A stretch of 63,375 nucleotides of DNA, filler included, from Craspedostauros australis (taxonomy: Eukaryota): the NCBI GenBank assembly GCA_030167865.1. It is 5 parts of 5 records of this genome, joined end to end, with 100 filler letters (N's around TTAATTAATTAA, not from the genome) between each part and the next. Parts side by side here need not be neighbours in the genome. Positions count along the whole stretch, not along the records: positions 46,076 to 48,317 come from JALAGF010005842.1; positions 48,418 to 50,189 come from JALAGF010005843.1; positions 50,290 to 63,375 come from JALAGF010005844.1; 2 more parts are not named here. One strand, written 5' to 3'. Below are positions 46,612 to 58,216 of this stretch, in pieces (within the stretch, counting starts at the first letter, position 1; each line of letters starts with the position of its first letter). Below the pieces are notes generated by a model that searched no databases, was not told the origin of the DNA, and was given only the letters and a program-made list of their open reading frames with translations. The position numbers were made by a program, and so were the translations under genes.

Positions 46612-48258
46612 CTACTCCTCCAACATCTCAGGCAAAACGCTGCAGGTGTAGTACTTCTTGGCCAGACTGAATCCATTGAAGGTGCACGCCGAGCTGCTAG
46701 TGTAGGCTCCCAGGNNNNNNNNNNNNNNNNNNNNNNNNNNNNNNNNNNNNNNNNNNNNNNNNNNNNNNNNNNNNNNNNNNNNNNNNNNNNNNNNNNNNNN
46801 NNNNNNNNNNNNNNNNNNNNNNNNNNNNNNNNNNNNNNNNNNNNNNNNNNNNNNNNNCACGTGGAGGGTGTCGTCCCAAATTAGATTGTTGAATGGACCA
46901 TACACGCCTTCGTTGAGGTAGTAGGCGAAGTCGTCGCGGGCGGCGACAGCCGTCTCCTCTGAGCCCTCGGCGTTGTCTTTGTTGGCAAGGTTGCTGCGGA
47001 CGCTGGTGACAGAAACAACGACAGCAGAGCAGGCAGACACCAGGTATCGTCCTGGCTCGCCCATGACTCGGACGCTGTCCTCAGGGAAGATCTCGTCGAT
47101 GAGGGGCGAGATCTGATCGGCCATGCCGGGGAACGACATGAGGGACATCGCCCTCTCAAGCGCCTCTTCATCTTCCTCCAATTCCTTGGGATGATCCTCA
47201 TTGGGGACCTTGGAGAGGTTGGCCGGATTCCAAGGGGAGATCGTGTCGCCAGGGAAGCCACCGCCGATGTCCAAGAGGTTCATATCGAAGCCGAACTCGT
47301 TCTTGCCCATATCGAAGATTTCGCGGGAATCGTTCAGCGCCGTCTTGTAAGTGGATGCAGTGCGGCAGTTGGAACCAACGTGGAAGGCAACACCAATGAC
47401 GGGCAAGCCGCATTCCTTGGCGGTGCTCAGCAGATCCCTCCAGTGCGCGCGCGTCGCACCAAACTTGGTGGAGAGTGGGTATTCCGAGCCGGAGTCATCC
47501 GTGACGATGCGCAGCACAAGCTCGATGTCCTTGGATATCTCCGCGCACTTCCGGATCTCGTCAGCATTGTCGAATGTGACCCTGCATACATTCTTTTTGA
47601 CGGCGGCCTGGATGTGCGAGCGCTGCTTGCAGGGGTTGGCGAAGATGATGTCGGGGCGCTGCGGCAGATCCGCGGAGCATTCTTCCACGAGAGTAATCTC
47701 GCCCAGCGACGCGCAGTCGAAACCAGCCCCAAGTCTTGCCAGCATCTTGACGATGACGGGATCTGGGTTGGACTTCACAGCAAAGTACGGCGCAACGCGG
47801 GGTAAGCGATGCTTCCATTGCATGTACTGCTGCACAATGCTGCCCAGATCGCACACGTAGAATGCCTCGTCGGTGATGTCGGACCCGTTCGTCTTGGCAA
47901 TGGCCTGCTCCCTGCGGAGGAAATGGCGAGTGGCGTGGCGCAGACCCTTGCCGATGGCCGAGCCTTCCATGAACACCTCGTTGTCCTGGAGAATGTCAGC
48001 AATCACACTGTGTTCGGGTGAGGCCAGCGAAGGGCGGGCGCTGTCTGTCTGCGTTTGCATTGTTTCTTTGTTGTCTCTCACTGAGTCATAATCGGTACTT
48101 GTCGGCATGATGCTCATCGACATGCCCAGTTGTTGGCGAGGCGTCATTGACGGTCGATGGATCGACACTTGCATTCGTCCTGTCCTGATACGTGTGGGCG
48201 GTGTCAGTCCACAACGGAGTGATCTGCGTGTGACGACACGTACTGTGGCAGAAATCAT
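46612..48258 (-). CDS. ODC: Ornithine decarboxylase-like fold-type III PLP decarboxylase (N gap at 46715-46857)
   Basis: PYFAVKSNP (PLP Lys), FDCAS, FANPCK, TFDN, KFGA, VAFHVGS, LDIGGGF, EPGRY, NEGVYG, GAYT and TFNGF. The GPTCD region falls in the gap, so substrate specificity is not fully established. Confidence 0.85.
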   Translation of the reverse strand: MISATVRVVTRRSLRCGLTPPTRIRTGRMQVSIHRPSMTPRQQLGMSMSIMPTSTDYDSVRDNKETMQTQTDSARPSLASPEHSVIADILQDNEVFMEGSAIGKGLRHATRHFLRREQAIAKTNGSDITDEAFYVCDLGSIVQQYMQWKHRLPRVAPYFAVKSNPDPVIVKMLARLGAGFDCASLGEITLVEECSADLPQRPDIIFANPCKQRSHIQAAVKKNVCRVTFDNADEIRKCAEISKDIELVLRIVTDDSGSEYPLSTKFGATRAHWRDLLSTAKECGLPVIGVAFHVGSNCRTASTYKTALNDSREIFDMGKNEFGFDMNLLDIGGGFPGDTISPWNPANLSKVPNEDHPKELEEDEEALERAMSLMSFPGMADQISPLIDEIFPEDSVRVMGEPGRYLVSACSAVVVSVTSVRSNLANKDNAEGSEETAVAARDDFAYYLNEGVYGPFNNLIWDDTLHVXXXXXXXXXXXXXXXXXXXXXXXXXXXXXXXXXXXXXXXXXXXXXXXXLGAYTSSSACTFNGFSLAKKYYTCSVLPEMLEE

Positions 48259-48417
48259 CTTGATGTGTCTGATGTGGTGTTGTATCGGACGGTATGTCTG
48301 TGGTGGATTGTTGTAATNNNNNNNNNNNNNNNNNNNNNNNNNNNNNNNNNNNNNNNNNNNNTTAATTAATTAANNNNNNNNNNNNNNNNNNNNNNNNNNN
48401 NNNNNNNNNNNNNNNNN

Positions 48418-49911
48418 TGTTGTGCTGTAGCCAGCAGCATTTCCTGTGGTGTCCACTGTCTTGCTCACCGTGCTCGTCATTGTGTTGTTGATATTGTGGG
48501 TAGTGATGTCAGTGGTGCAACTTTGTGTGTTAGTGACTTCACCACGGACACCCGGATGGCTTCCATCATCTGCAAAGCCGAGACCATGGCATACAGAAAA
48601 GTGCCGGGTCACACCCACGTTGGTTGCTTCCTTCAAACGTACCGTTATTGTGAGGATGTTGTGAGTGGCGCCATCATTGTCCTTCACAGCATGACGTAGC
48701 CAGACCACTCCTCCTAATCTTCGGCATGGTGTGTCACAGAAGATGGTGTCAATAGGAAATGGCATGGGCACAAGCATTTCTGATCGGAATGACTCTGCAA
48801 AGTCTTCATTCCGAAACTGCTGCACATGGGCAGCACGTTTCTGTCCTGCATCAGAGAATGGATGGCCCAACTTGTCGATTAGAATGTCCACGATGCTTCC
48901 ATCTTGACCGAAAGCTGATGGTGGCTTGTACAGCAGCACCAGGAACATCCGAGGTACTCCGCCCACCTTCCGACTTTCAATGGTCACTGTTGCGTCATTC
49001 CTTGTAGTACATGCAGGCAGGTGGAAATCCACCCCAACCATGCGATATCGTTCACCACGAGGTCTCCACACTTGAGTTGTGTGAAAGACCTCGATGGTGC
49101 GGCTCAGCTTCCGAAACTTGGCAACTCGTTGGGGCTCTGATAGCTCAAAAAAGGTGCCAAATCTTGCAGTGATGGGGTCCAGAGGGCGGCTTGAAGCTTG
49201 GTTTTGGACTGCTGTGTTGCCCATCCCAAGGTAGTCGATGTCATCCTCAGAATCGGTTGCTTCAACATCATCGGATGCATCGTCGTCTTCAGCCCATGCA
49301 CTGTTGTTGCTCCCATCTGTGTCATTGGTTTGACTGGGGGTAGTGGTGCCATGTTTGTCGGATCTGTCATGTGTGCTTCTCCGTGTGATTCGTCTGCTCA
49401 CAGCTGACCTGCTGTTGTTGATGGTGTTGGCGTTGTTCTGGTTGGCGGTGTTGGAGTTATGGTTGGAGGTTTCCAGCACAGAGTCATCAGCCGCAGGTTC
49501 ATCAAGAGGACGGAGGTTGGCACCTAGCTTCTGGATTGAAACCTTGTGTGGTGTGCCATCCTCTGGATGAAACGACGAAGAGATGAAGGCCAAAGGTTGG
49601 TGTCATAGGAAAGAGATAAGAACACGGATGAGAAGTAACCTGGTTGAAAGCAGAGATGCTCAGGATGAAAAGTTGGCAATGTCACTGGGCATGTGATACT
49701 CACGATGAAACAAAGACTTCTTCACCAGTGCGCGTTTGAATTCGCGTAGCGTCCGAACAAACTTCTTTGCATCGTACTTGACCAAGAAAGGGTGATGAAG
49801 ACGCAGAGGCGTTGACTCCCAGTGCCATTTTGTTGGCTCGGCCAAGAACGCCTTGATCAGCTCCTTAGCATCGGGGCCATTTTTGTAGAAACGGACTTCT
49901 GAGCCAACCAT
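48418..49911 (-). CDS. Hypothetical two-exon protein (exons 49911-49704 and 49562 to <48418), 3' end lost in gap; possibly repeat-associated
   Basis: ATG at 49911 (MVGSEVRFYKNGPDAKELI...). GTGAGT donor at 49703 and pyrimidine-rich CATCCAG acceptor at 49563 join in phase to a long open frame. Confidence 0.6.
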
Positions 49912-49925
49912 TGTTGTGTGTGTGC

Positions 49926-50189
49926 AAATGTGCTGATGTGCAAGTGTCTTGATGTGCGAGTGCAAGGATGTGGTGATGTCCAAATGTGAGAGTGTCTTGA
50001 TGTGCAAGTGTGAGGATGTGCTGATGTACAAATGTGAGAGTGTCTTGATGTGCAAGTGCAAGGATGTGGTGATGCCTGAGTGTGAGAGTCCGTTGATGTG
50101 GGAATGTGCAAATGTGCAAGGATGTGCTGATGTGGTGATGTCCAAATGTGAGAGTGTCTTGATGTGCGAGTGCGAGGATGTGCTGATGT
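49926..50189. repeat. Degenerate 48-bp minisatellite (gtgtcttgatgtgcragtgcraggatgtgstgatgtccaaatgtgaga), about 5 copies, running into a gap
   Basis: Repeat units directly visible; gives MCKCEDVL/MSKCESVL repeats in the ORF track. Confidence 0.85.
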
Positions 50190-51467
50190 NNNNNNNNNNN
50201 NNNNNNNNNNNNNNNNNNNNNNNNNNNNNNNNNTTAATTAATTAANNNNNNNNNNNNNNNNNNNNNNNNNNNNNNNNNNNNNNNNNNNNTGCATCGCGAT
50301 GGCCAACGGTGCGCGCATTCATGACTGTGTACGCACAAGGAGGAAGAAGCAGGTTTCTCACAGAAAGTTCCACGCAATACGTATTTTTGGAGAAGTGAGG
50401 CACGGTGATGACATCGCTGGTTGCAAGAGTTAGATGGCATCATCAGCAGCAGCGACGGCGGTGAAATATCCGATGACTGTTGGTGCACATTGACTCGCGG
50501 ATTTGCTGCTGTGAAGGGTGTGAGCGCGACTGTAGAGGTGGCCGCTTCTCCTTCTTCTCTACCATTGGTGGGGCCCACTGTTCTTCAATCACGACCGATG
50601 CATCAACACTGGATGGGTGATGGAGTGACGGAGTATCGGCATGTGGAAACGGGAGTCATCCTCACCAATCCCTCCATCATCAGGAGCGTCGATGACTCGC
50701 TGGCCGAACTTGTTGGGACCATGATCGTCCAACCCATTGCCTTGGTTCGTACAGTGTGTCGCGCATCGCGTATCGTGAGTAATCCAGGTGCGGTGCTCAG
50801 CAAGTCATGGTGCCGATTGGACTTCCCGTGGGGTACCTCATTGTTTGCGATGATTGTGAATGTACTTGCGTTTGTGATTGTGATTGTGATTGTGGCAGTC
50901 TTGGTGCTCTCTCCTTGGCTTGGCCTCGGCTGCCATCATCGCAACTGCATCTGTTTCTGCACCGTCAGTTGATGCGCAAAGATCTTGTTCTTCTCTGCCG
51001 GCGCAACGCGTTGTTCTCACAGAAGAAGCGGAGTTGGCAATCACTTGATACCATCAAATTGGACCAATGAAAACACTACACGAACAGTTCGAATCAATGG
51101 CTTGAGTCGCGGCTATTGATCGATCGCATTCGATGTGCTTCTTATTGATGACCAGACTCATTCGTCAACTACAATGGTCGCACTAGTCGAAGATTCCCTT
51201 TCTGGTGTTGTTGCGGAGAGAGTGGGCTTGCGGAGCGTTTCCTCGTTCTCGTTGGTGGGAGAGATCACAAGGGACGGACACAAGAAGAGAAGGAGGGGAG
51301 CCAGAGGCAGCACACGAACCACATGTCATCCAATGCGAAAAGGGCAGCAACACACAACTTCTGAACCCTTCCCTTGAGCACGTCAGCAGCAGACATCAAT
51401 CTGCTGTTCGATACATATTAGTGCACAGCGTCTGCACACCAGAAAGACATCCAGCAGTCATCACAAG

Positions 51468-52694
51468 ATGCCAGGCGTTACGAAGCAACAGGTCCTTGAT
51501 GCTGCCGAGGCAGGCGATTTGTCGGTGTTGAAAGAATGGGAGACGCAGAATGCAGGAGGCGGCATGAACGTCCGGGACGCGCATGGCTCCACTCTCCTCC
51601 ATCTAGCATGTCTTGGCGGCCATCTGGAGTGTGCCAAGTACCTTATTCAATCATGCGGGGCCGACGCCAGCTCCAAAGCCAACAGTGGTCTCACTTCCCT
51701 TCATATGGCATGCACCAACGGGTATCCGGAGTGTGTCAAGTACCTTGTCGAATCATGCAACGTCGACGCCGGCTGCAAAATCGACGATGGTCTCACTCCC
51801 CTTCATATGGCATGCCAATTCGGCCGTCTTGAGTGTGCCAAGTACCTCATTGAATCATCCAAGGTTGATATCAACTGCAAAGCCAACGATTATACCACTC
51901 CCCTTCATGCGGCATGCCTTGGCGGCCACCTGGAGTGTATCAAATACCTCATTGAATCAGCAAAGGCTGATGTCAACTGCAGACCAAAAGACAATTCCAC
52001 TCATCTTCATCAGGTATGCCTCAATGGCCACCTGGATTGTGTCAAGTACCTCATCGAATCATGCGAGGTCGACGTCAGCTCCAAAGCCAACGCGAATGCC
52101 ACTCCCCTTCATATGGCATGCCTCAACGGGCATCTGGAGTGTGTCAAGTACCTCATCGAATCATGGAACGTCGACGTCAGCTGCAAAATAGACGATGGTC
52201 TCACTCCCCTCCATGTGGCATGCCAAGCCGGGCACTTGGAGTGTGTCACGTACTTCATTGAATCATGTAAGATCGACGTAGGCTCCAAAACCGACGATGA
52301 TCTTAATCTCCTTCATCTGGCATGCTTCAATGGCCATCTGGAGTGTGCCAAGTATCTCATTCAATCATGCAAGGTCGACGTCAGTTCCAAAGCCATCGGT
52401 GGTCTCACTTCCCTTCATATGGCATGCCTTACCGCCCGTCTGGAATGTGTCAAGTATCTCATTGAAGCAGGCAAGGCCGACGTTGGCTGCAAAGCCGACG
52501 ATGGTTCCACTCCCCTTCATCTAGCATGTCAATTCGCGCATCTGAAGTGCATCAAGTATCTTATTGAATCAAGCAATGCTGACACCACCATAAAAAACAA
52601 CGACAACAAGACACCCCTCGATATGATCCCAGCTACGCACAAGATGAGCGTGATGACATCAATCATGAAGCTTCTCAATCTCCGCAACTCATAA
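51468..52694 (+). CDS. Ankyrin-repeat protein with 10 homogeneous 34-aa repeats plus caps (408 aa)
   Basis: Consensus xGxTPLHxACxxGHLECVKYLIESCxVDVxxK repeated at a 102-bp period. Confidence 0.93.
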   Translation: MPGVTKQQVLDAAEAGDLSVLKEWETQNAGGGMNVRDAHGSTLLHLACLGGHLECAKYLIQSCGADASSKANSGLTSLHMACTNGYPECVKYLVESCNVDAGCKIDDGLTPLHMACQFGRLECAKYLIESSKVDINCKANDYTTPLHAACLGGHLECIKYLIESAKADVNCRPKDNSTHLHQVCLNGHLDCVKYLIESCEVDVSSKANANATPLHMACLNGHLECVKYLIESWNVDVSCKIDDGLTPLHVACQAGHLECVTYFIESCKIDVGSKTDDDLNLLHLACFNGHLECAKYLIQSCKVDVSSKAIGGLTSLHMACLTARLECVKYLIEAGKADVGCKADDGSTPLHLACQFAHLKCIKYLIESSNADTTIKNNDNKTPLDMIPATHKMSVMTSIMKLLNLRNS

Positions 52695-52798
52695 CCGTGG
52701 ATACAGATGCACAAACACAACCGCACAATTACCACCCAAGCACAACAACCAACATCAGCATCGGCCAAGATCGTCGCAGCACTGTTCATACCGAAACC

Positions 52799-53038
52799 AT
52801 GGCAGACACCACATTCCTGTGCGGACAACGCGAATGACAACAACCAATCAAGGCAAACAACCGAGTCCTTGCGGTAGCCATTCCATCTATTCAGACGTTG
52901 ATCGACTCCGGAATCCAACATCAGCACGCTACGAACGGCACCGATGACGGTGCCGTCCCCATCTACAAAACCATCCCTCTTCTCAACCTTCAACCCAAGC
53001 ATGTCCAATGTGCCCTCCAATGCACATACACAGGTGAG
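52799..53038 (+). pseudogene. Disrupted BTB/POZ domain remnant downstream of the ankyrin gene
   Basis: MADTTFLCGQRE*QQPIKANNRVLAVAIPSIQTLIDSGI...IPLLNLQPKHVQCALQCTYTGE fits the BTB pattern (D-T-F...IKAH..VLA..SP..F..SG...I.L....P..F..LL.Y.YTG). In-frame TGA at 52835; out of frame with the ankyrin ORF. Confidence 0.65.
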
Positions 53039-54702
53039 ACATCATTCGATGACAACGCTCATAACGATTCTGATATCGATGGAACCGACTACCCAACTTG
53101 CACCCTCAGTGGAAAAATCATCCACAGTAGCTGGTACTTGGATCGTGGCACGTCCGCGGATTTTGTGCGTTCCATCAGATCATCGGAGACAAATGAGACC
53201 CAGCGACACTGTCAAGAAAGAAGATCGAAGCACCGCAACAGCAGCCTTTCAGAAGCTAACGTGCTATGGAGTTGAGGACTGTGCTCTCTCTCTCTCTCTC
53301 TCCAGATGCATACAATTCGCCAACGAAATAGTCGTCAGAGGGGTAATTCGAGTAGTCGTGCACGCAAACTCAATCATCAGTATGACGCGGTTGCGTGCAT
53401 TCCACATAAAGACGATGACTGATGTGCACGGCGTGCTCCCTTTGCATCTATTACGCGAAGTCCTGCGTGTAGCACTGGAGAACACAATCGCCAGAGTTTA
53501 TGCTTTTAGTTCGGTTGCGTGACGTTTCCATTCTTGGGACATCCAAGTAAGAAAGAGATGCGTCAAATGTGGGTGTGATGATGAACGAGTGATGATAATA
53601 GAACGCCAGCACAGCCGAGCCTTGAGCAGATCCATTGCCAATGTCTCTGGCTGCCGTATCGCAACTGGTGCAGCAGACATCCATATCAATCCCCATGTTT
53701 CGCTCGGAATCAAGTTCATCGTTCTTCTCTGACACCACTGCAGCGCAGTTTCTGTTGGAGCCGTCCGGGAACGAAAGGACTGCGTGCGGAAGAATGTGAA
53801 GCGCGACGCATGTCTTCGAAGGGAGGGCAGCAGCATTCATTCCAATCCCCCATGGTTCGTGCGGCGCGTTGGAATTCGTGCCACTAGCTATCGAACGTGT
53901 TGACGGCTGCACTCCCCTCTCGCGATGCTGTGTCTTTCACTTGAGGCGCTGTATCGAGGATGACTTGCTGGGTATGTTGTGCGGTACCCACGGCATCGGT
54001 TGCCTGTAGCACTCTTTTCCATCGGAGCCGAGTGTGAATGCTGACGTTGGCAACTGCGGGCTGACCATGTGTAAGCATCCTTTGTTCATGGATGATCACC
54101 ATGGATGCTCACCATGCATGCCGACTTGCAGCGCTTTTCCGTGTCGCACACATGCGCAGTGCTCTGCTCCGAAGAATGACGAGTAACCGCGGTTACACCT
54201 GTTTCGCCAATGACCAACACATCTGGTATCATATGCGTTTGCGCAGGCGCGGTCCTCCTGCGGCTTGCGATATCGGTTGTTGAGCGCATCCCGCGATGCC
54301 ACCTCAACCATCGACCCACATGGTGTCGAAGATGACATTGATGATCCTGAGGATCATGGTGGCATGAGCTTCATCTGTGGATGTCCACTTGGTGATCAAC
54401 ACGAATGAAGCCATGATGACGGAGTCGTCATGAGATTGCTGAATGGTTTGTTGGCATGCTTGGAGGAGCAACGCTAAGCTTCATGCCTCTCCATTGCTCC
54501 ATCTCCCTATGACCTTCCTTTGATCATGGCCGTTGCTTGGCGCCGCGTCACGTCCCGTCATGCCTCATCTCTTCTCTCTTCACTGCACGGATGGATCTCT
54601 GTCAACGCGATTGTCATGTGGTCATCATTGGCAACGCCTCGCTTCATCGGCGCTCATCAATAGCAGTGGCGCTTCATTCCACCTTCATCTGCCATCCTCG
54701 TC

Positions 54703-54868
54703 CCACACCACACCACACCACACCACACCACACCACACCACACCANNNNNNNNNNNNNNNNNNNNNNNNNNNNNNNNNNNNNNNNNNNNNNNNNNCACCA
54801 CACCACACCACACCACACCACACCACACCACACCACACCACACCACACCACACCACACCACACCACAC
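54703..54868. repeat. (CACAC)n pentanucleotide microsatellite spanning an N gap
   Basis: Directly visible; a shorter inverse tract (GTGGT)n lies at about 28893-28914. Confidence 0.95.
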
Positions 54869-56032
54869 TCCACGACCATGTTCCATTCCTTTTCATGCCG
54901 TCTCCACCGCTCCAGCCTTTGTCTCGTGTCGTGTCGGCCATTCTGGCGAACAAGAAGAGAAGCCACAAATTCGGTGATGTTGCGCGCCATTTTTGTTCTT
55001 GTTTGGTCGTGTCCAAATGAGTCCCCAGCTTCCACGATCGAAGTGCGTGATCCATTCGCACGAGTCCATAAGGTATCCACAAAGATCCGTCACAACCACC
55101 AAACCGCGTCTCCAACTCCTCTCTCTTGTGCACATCTCATCCGAGCAACATCATTGAACCACTGGATGAAGCAGGTCCGAAGGCATCAATCAAACTGAAG
55201 TATTATGCGCCATCAATACAGCAAGCGAGGCAGCATCCAGCTTCGAATCAACGGATGCAACGATGGAGTTGGATTGAGTTGGGCATTCCTGCGTGTTCAC
55301 GGAGTTGTCCAAAAACCAAGCGGCGCCAAATTAGGATCTGTGCCGTGCACATACCGACTCAGACGCGTATGGTATGTGTACGTATAGTAGGTATGGGAGC
55401 CCGCGTGCGGACGGGCTGTGTGATGCAGGATGGTACCTATTCATGGGTTGCGTCCACGATCGGTGGGCTCCTTCAAGTCCACGCTGGAGATCAATACGCG
55501 GAGTGTTCTTCGATACTCGTTCGACTGCGAGCGACAGCTTTCGGGCTTTCGCAAAGCTCCGCGTTGCATCCCGTGTCTTCTCACCACATACATGAGTACT
55601 TGAGCACTTTGACGATTCTCACCAACAACATCGTGAACCAAAGCGATCTCAAAAGTCGGACTTTCCGGGAACTGTATGGCATCACGTTTGGAAGAGTATC
55701 TGTACTCTCCAGAGAGAGAGTGCAAAGACGAGCACGATCACTCGTACGAGTAGCTCGTACATCACCGAAAGCAAGGAGAGCGCAGAGGTTGCTTCATAAA
55801 ATTCAGTTGGGCTCACAACCAACATCAGCTGCCATCAACAACACATTGAGTACTCCTCTCGCCATCAGCTCATTCAGTTCATTCGTTGCTCTTCCTTCCC
55901 CGTCTTTGTCGCGTTGGATTCATCGAATCTTCCCGCAATCGAATACCCGTCACCAGAGGCATCAGTAGGGTCACGCCACAGCCGAACGCTCAACGTTTCC
56001 TCGTTCGTACGAGCCACTGCAACACGAACAGC

Positions 56033-56875
56033 ATGAACGAAGATGGTAATCCTGACGACATCGGCACCTCCGTTCCCGAAGTCACCCTGGAAGGTCTCAG
56101 GACTGCAGCGAAAGGTGGGGATCTGCGAACTGTCCAACGATGGAAACAGCAGAATCCAATACGCAATGATGTCTGGGCCAAGCACAAGGATGGCGAGATC
56201 CTTCTACGCGATGCATGCAACAATGGGCATCTGGATCTTGTCAAATACTTGCTTGATGACTTCATACCGAACGTGGAGGACAATGACAAGACGATGTGCA
56301 AGGCACTGAGGTATGCTAGCAACGGAGATCAAATCGACATTGCGAAGTACTTGATCGAATCGCGCGGAGTTGATGTGAACGCTCAAGATGAATGGGGTGA
56401 GTCTGCTCTTCTTACCGCATGCTGCAGAAATAGCGTACGCACCGTGAAGTTCTTGGTAGAGTCACATGGTGCGGACATTCGCATTGAAGACCAACACGGT
56501 TACCTTCCCATTCACATTGCATACTGGCGTAAGTCGGAGGATGTCATGAAATACTTCATGGAGTCACACGGCATGGATGTTAATGTTCAAAACAAGAACG
56601 GTGACACTTTAGTCCATTTGGCATTCAAGAATCCTGATGGTGTCTGTACCAAGCAGGTGAAGCGTCTGATCGAATCATGCGAGCTGGATCTCGGCGTCAA
56701 GAACAATGATGGCAACACTCCATTTGAGTGTCTCCACCAGTGCTTGTATACCTTTGACTACGATCTCGGAGACTTCCGAGATCTAAGCGAAACATATTAC
56801 GAGTTTGCCGTCATCTTCTACAACGAAGTTATCAGGCAGAGAGCAAAGGATCGGAAACGCAAAAATAGACCTTGA
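56033..56875 (+). CDS. Ankyrin-repeat protein (about 280 aa, about 5 repeats)
   Basis: ATG at 56033; LRDACNNGHLDLVKYLL, DEWGESALLTAC, DQHGYLPIHIA, NKNGDTLVHLA and NNDGNTPF. Confidence 0.85.
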   Translation: MNEDGNPDDIGTSVPEVTLEGLRTAAKGGDLRTVQRWKQQNPIRNDVWAKHKDGEILLRDACNNGHLDLVKYLLDDFIPNVEDNDKTMCKALRYASNGDQIDIAKYLIESRGVDVNAQDEWGESALLTACCRNSVRTVKFLVESHGADIRIEDQHGYLPIHIAYWRKSEDVMKYFMESHGMDVNVQNKNGDTLVHLAFKNPDGVCTKQVKRLIESCELDLGVKNNDGNTPFECLHQCLYTFDYDLGDFRDLSETYYEFAVIFYNEVIRQRAKDRKRKNRP

Positions 56876-56967
56876 TCCAATACCCCTGTGAAGAAGCTCC
56901 CAAACAACCAAATACCAGCGACGGCACAAGCGACAAGGACAACCCCCAAGAATCCAGCGACGAGGTC

Positions 56968-57139
56968 ATGACCAGCGTCACCTTGTTTGGATCCGGCGAC
57001 GCACTGCAAGCGATCAAGGCAAAGAGCGTCGTCATTCATCCAGTTCGGTGAGCTGGCCAGCGACAGCAGACACCTAGAATTCTTGCTGGCGGCAGGACAA
57101 TTTGGATGTCCGAAGCTCAAGGTGGCGATTGAAGAAGAG
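56968..57139 (+). pseudogene. Internally deleted, frameshifted BTB/POZ remnant downstream of the second ankyrin gene
   Basis: MTSVTLFGSGDALQAIKAKSVVI (BTB start) then, in another frame, GELASDSRHLEFLLAAGQFGCPKLKVAIEE (BTB end pattern LL.AA..F....LK...E). Confidence 0.5.
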
Positions 57140-58216
57140 CCTGGAGACAAAGTGGATGGAGTCTGTGTGAACTTAACATAAAGAAGAGTTGAATTCTTTT
57201 CATGACGACTTGTCTGTCCCATCCGCGAATGTCACAAGCGAAGATTCATGGACGCGAAATCAGGCTTGGCTCTCGCTGTCGGTGCCATGAACAACTTTCG
57301 TCCTCGAGGTGGTTGTGCTTCTCGCTCGTGAACGGACGGTGGAAATTACTGCGCACTTGCTGTTGTCGATGCGAATATCGATGCCGCCTGCCTGCTTGGT
57401 GGCTGCGCCTTGCGTTTGTTTGGCATCTCCTTGGGTGGAGCATGTATGGTTGTGCTTGAGTCGGTGGTCTTCTTTTCCACTGCTGTTGAGTTGAACGCCA
57501 ACAGTGCTCAGCTCGGGATGGTTGAACAGGCCACAACCCGATCTGATCCGATCCGATCCCAGTCTCACTCATGAGGAGCGATATCTTAATATGCGTGCTT
57601 ATGAGCACTGGCGCAGCCTGGATGGAAAGGCAAGACACGGGAAGGCCAGATCCAATTCACCCATTTCGTATCCAGTATCCACTCCTCCCGCTGTTGCAGA
57701 ATCGGAGGCCATGAGGAACGGATGCTCCTTTCAGACGTTGCATCGGCGAAGAATGGTGAACATTAGTGTTCTGATCAAGAGGGAGAGCCCTCTGCTTCAC
57801 AAGAGCCAGGACGGAGCAACTCGAGACGCAGCAATCGTCAGCAGTGCTGCGGATGATGGGTGGGTCATAGCCAACAGGGTCCACGAATTGCGAGCGTGGT
57901 TTGCAACACTGTGTTGATCTATCGTGGGCGATCATTTGCACGCCACGAATTCGCATCATTATTGTTTCGTAAATACAGTTGTATTTGTAAGTTACCGCAA
58001 CCCCACGTGAATATTGTTCTCATTGAATCAAACTAGGACTGCCTATTCCGTTGCCGGTGTCAAAGATCTTCCCTTGGCGTCCAATTCTCGCTTCCTGCTC
58101 TCGCACCTCAACACATCAGCATGTTGGCACATCCACCAAAATCATTCATCGGAAAGAACCACACAAGGCCGCCGAACACACCAGCGATTGCACCATCATC
58201 AGTTTCAAGACCCAGC

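Noticed and set aside
30037..50245. Four identical TTAATTAATTAA palindromes as a biological motif
   Set aside because: Always centred in N runs; a six-frame-stop assembly spacer.
49926..52620. CRISPR-like array in the 48-bp or 102-bp periodic repeats
   Set aside because: No constant repeat with unique spacers, no cas genes, eukaryotic context; explained by a minisatellite and ankyrin coding repeats.
53451..55968. Possible genes (53451-53912 minus, 55126-55968 plus)
   Set aside because: Non-ATG starts, no motifs, partly microsatellite-derived.
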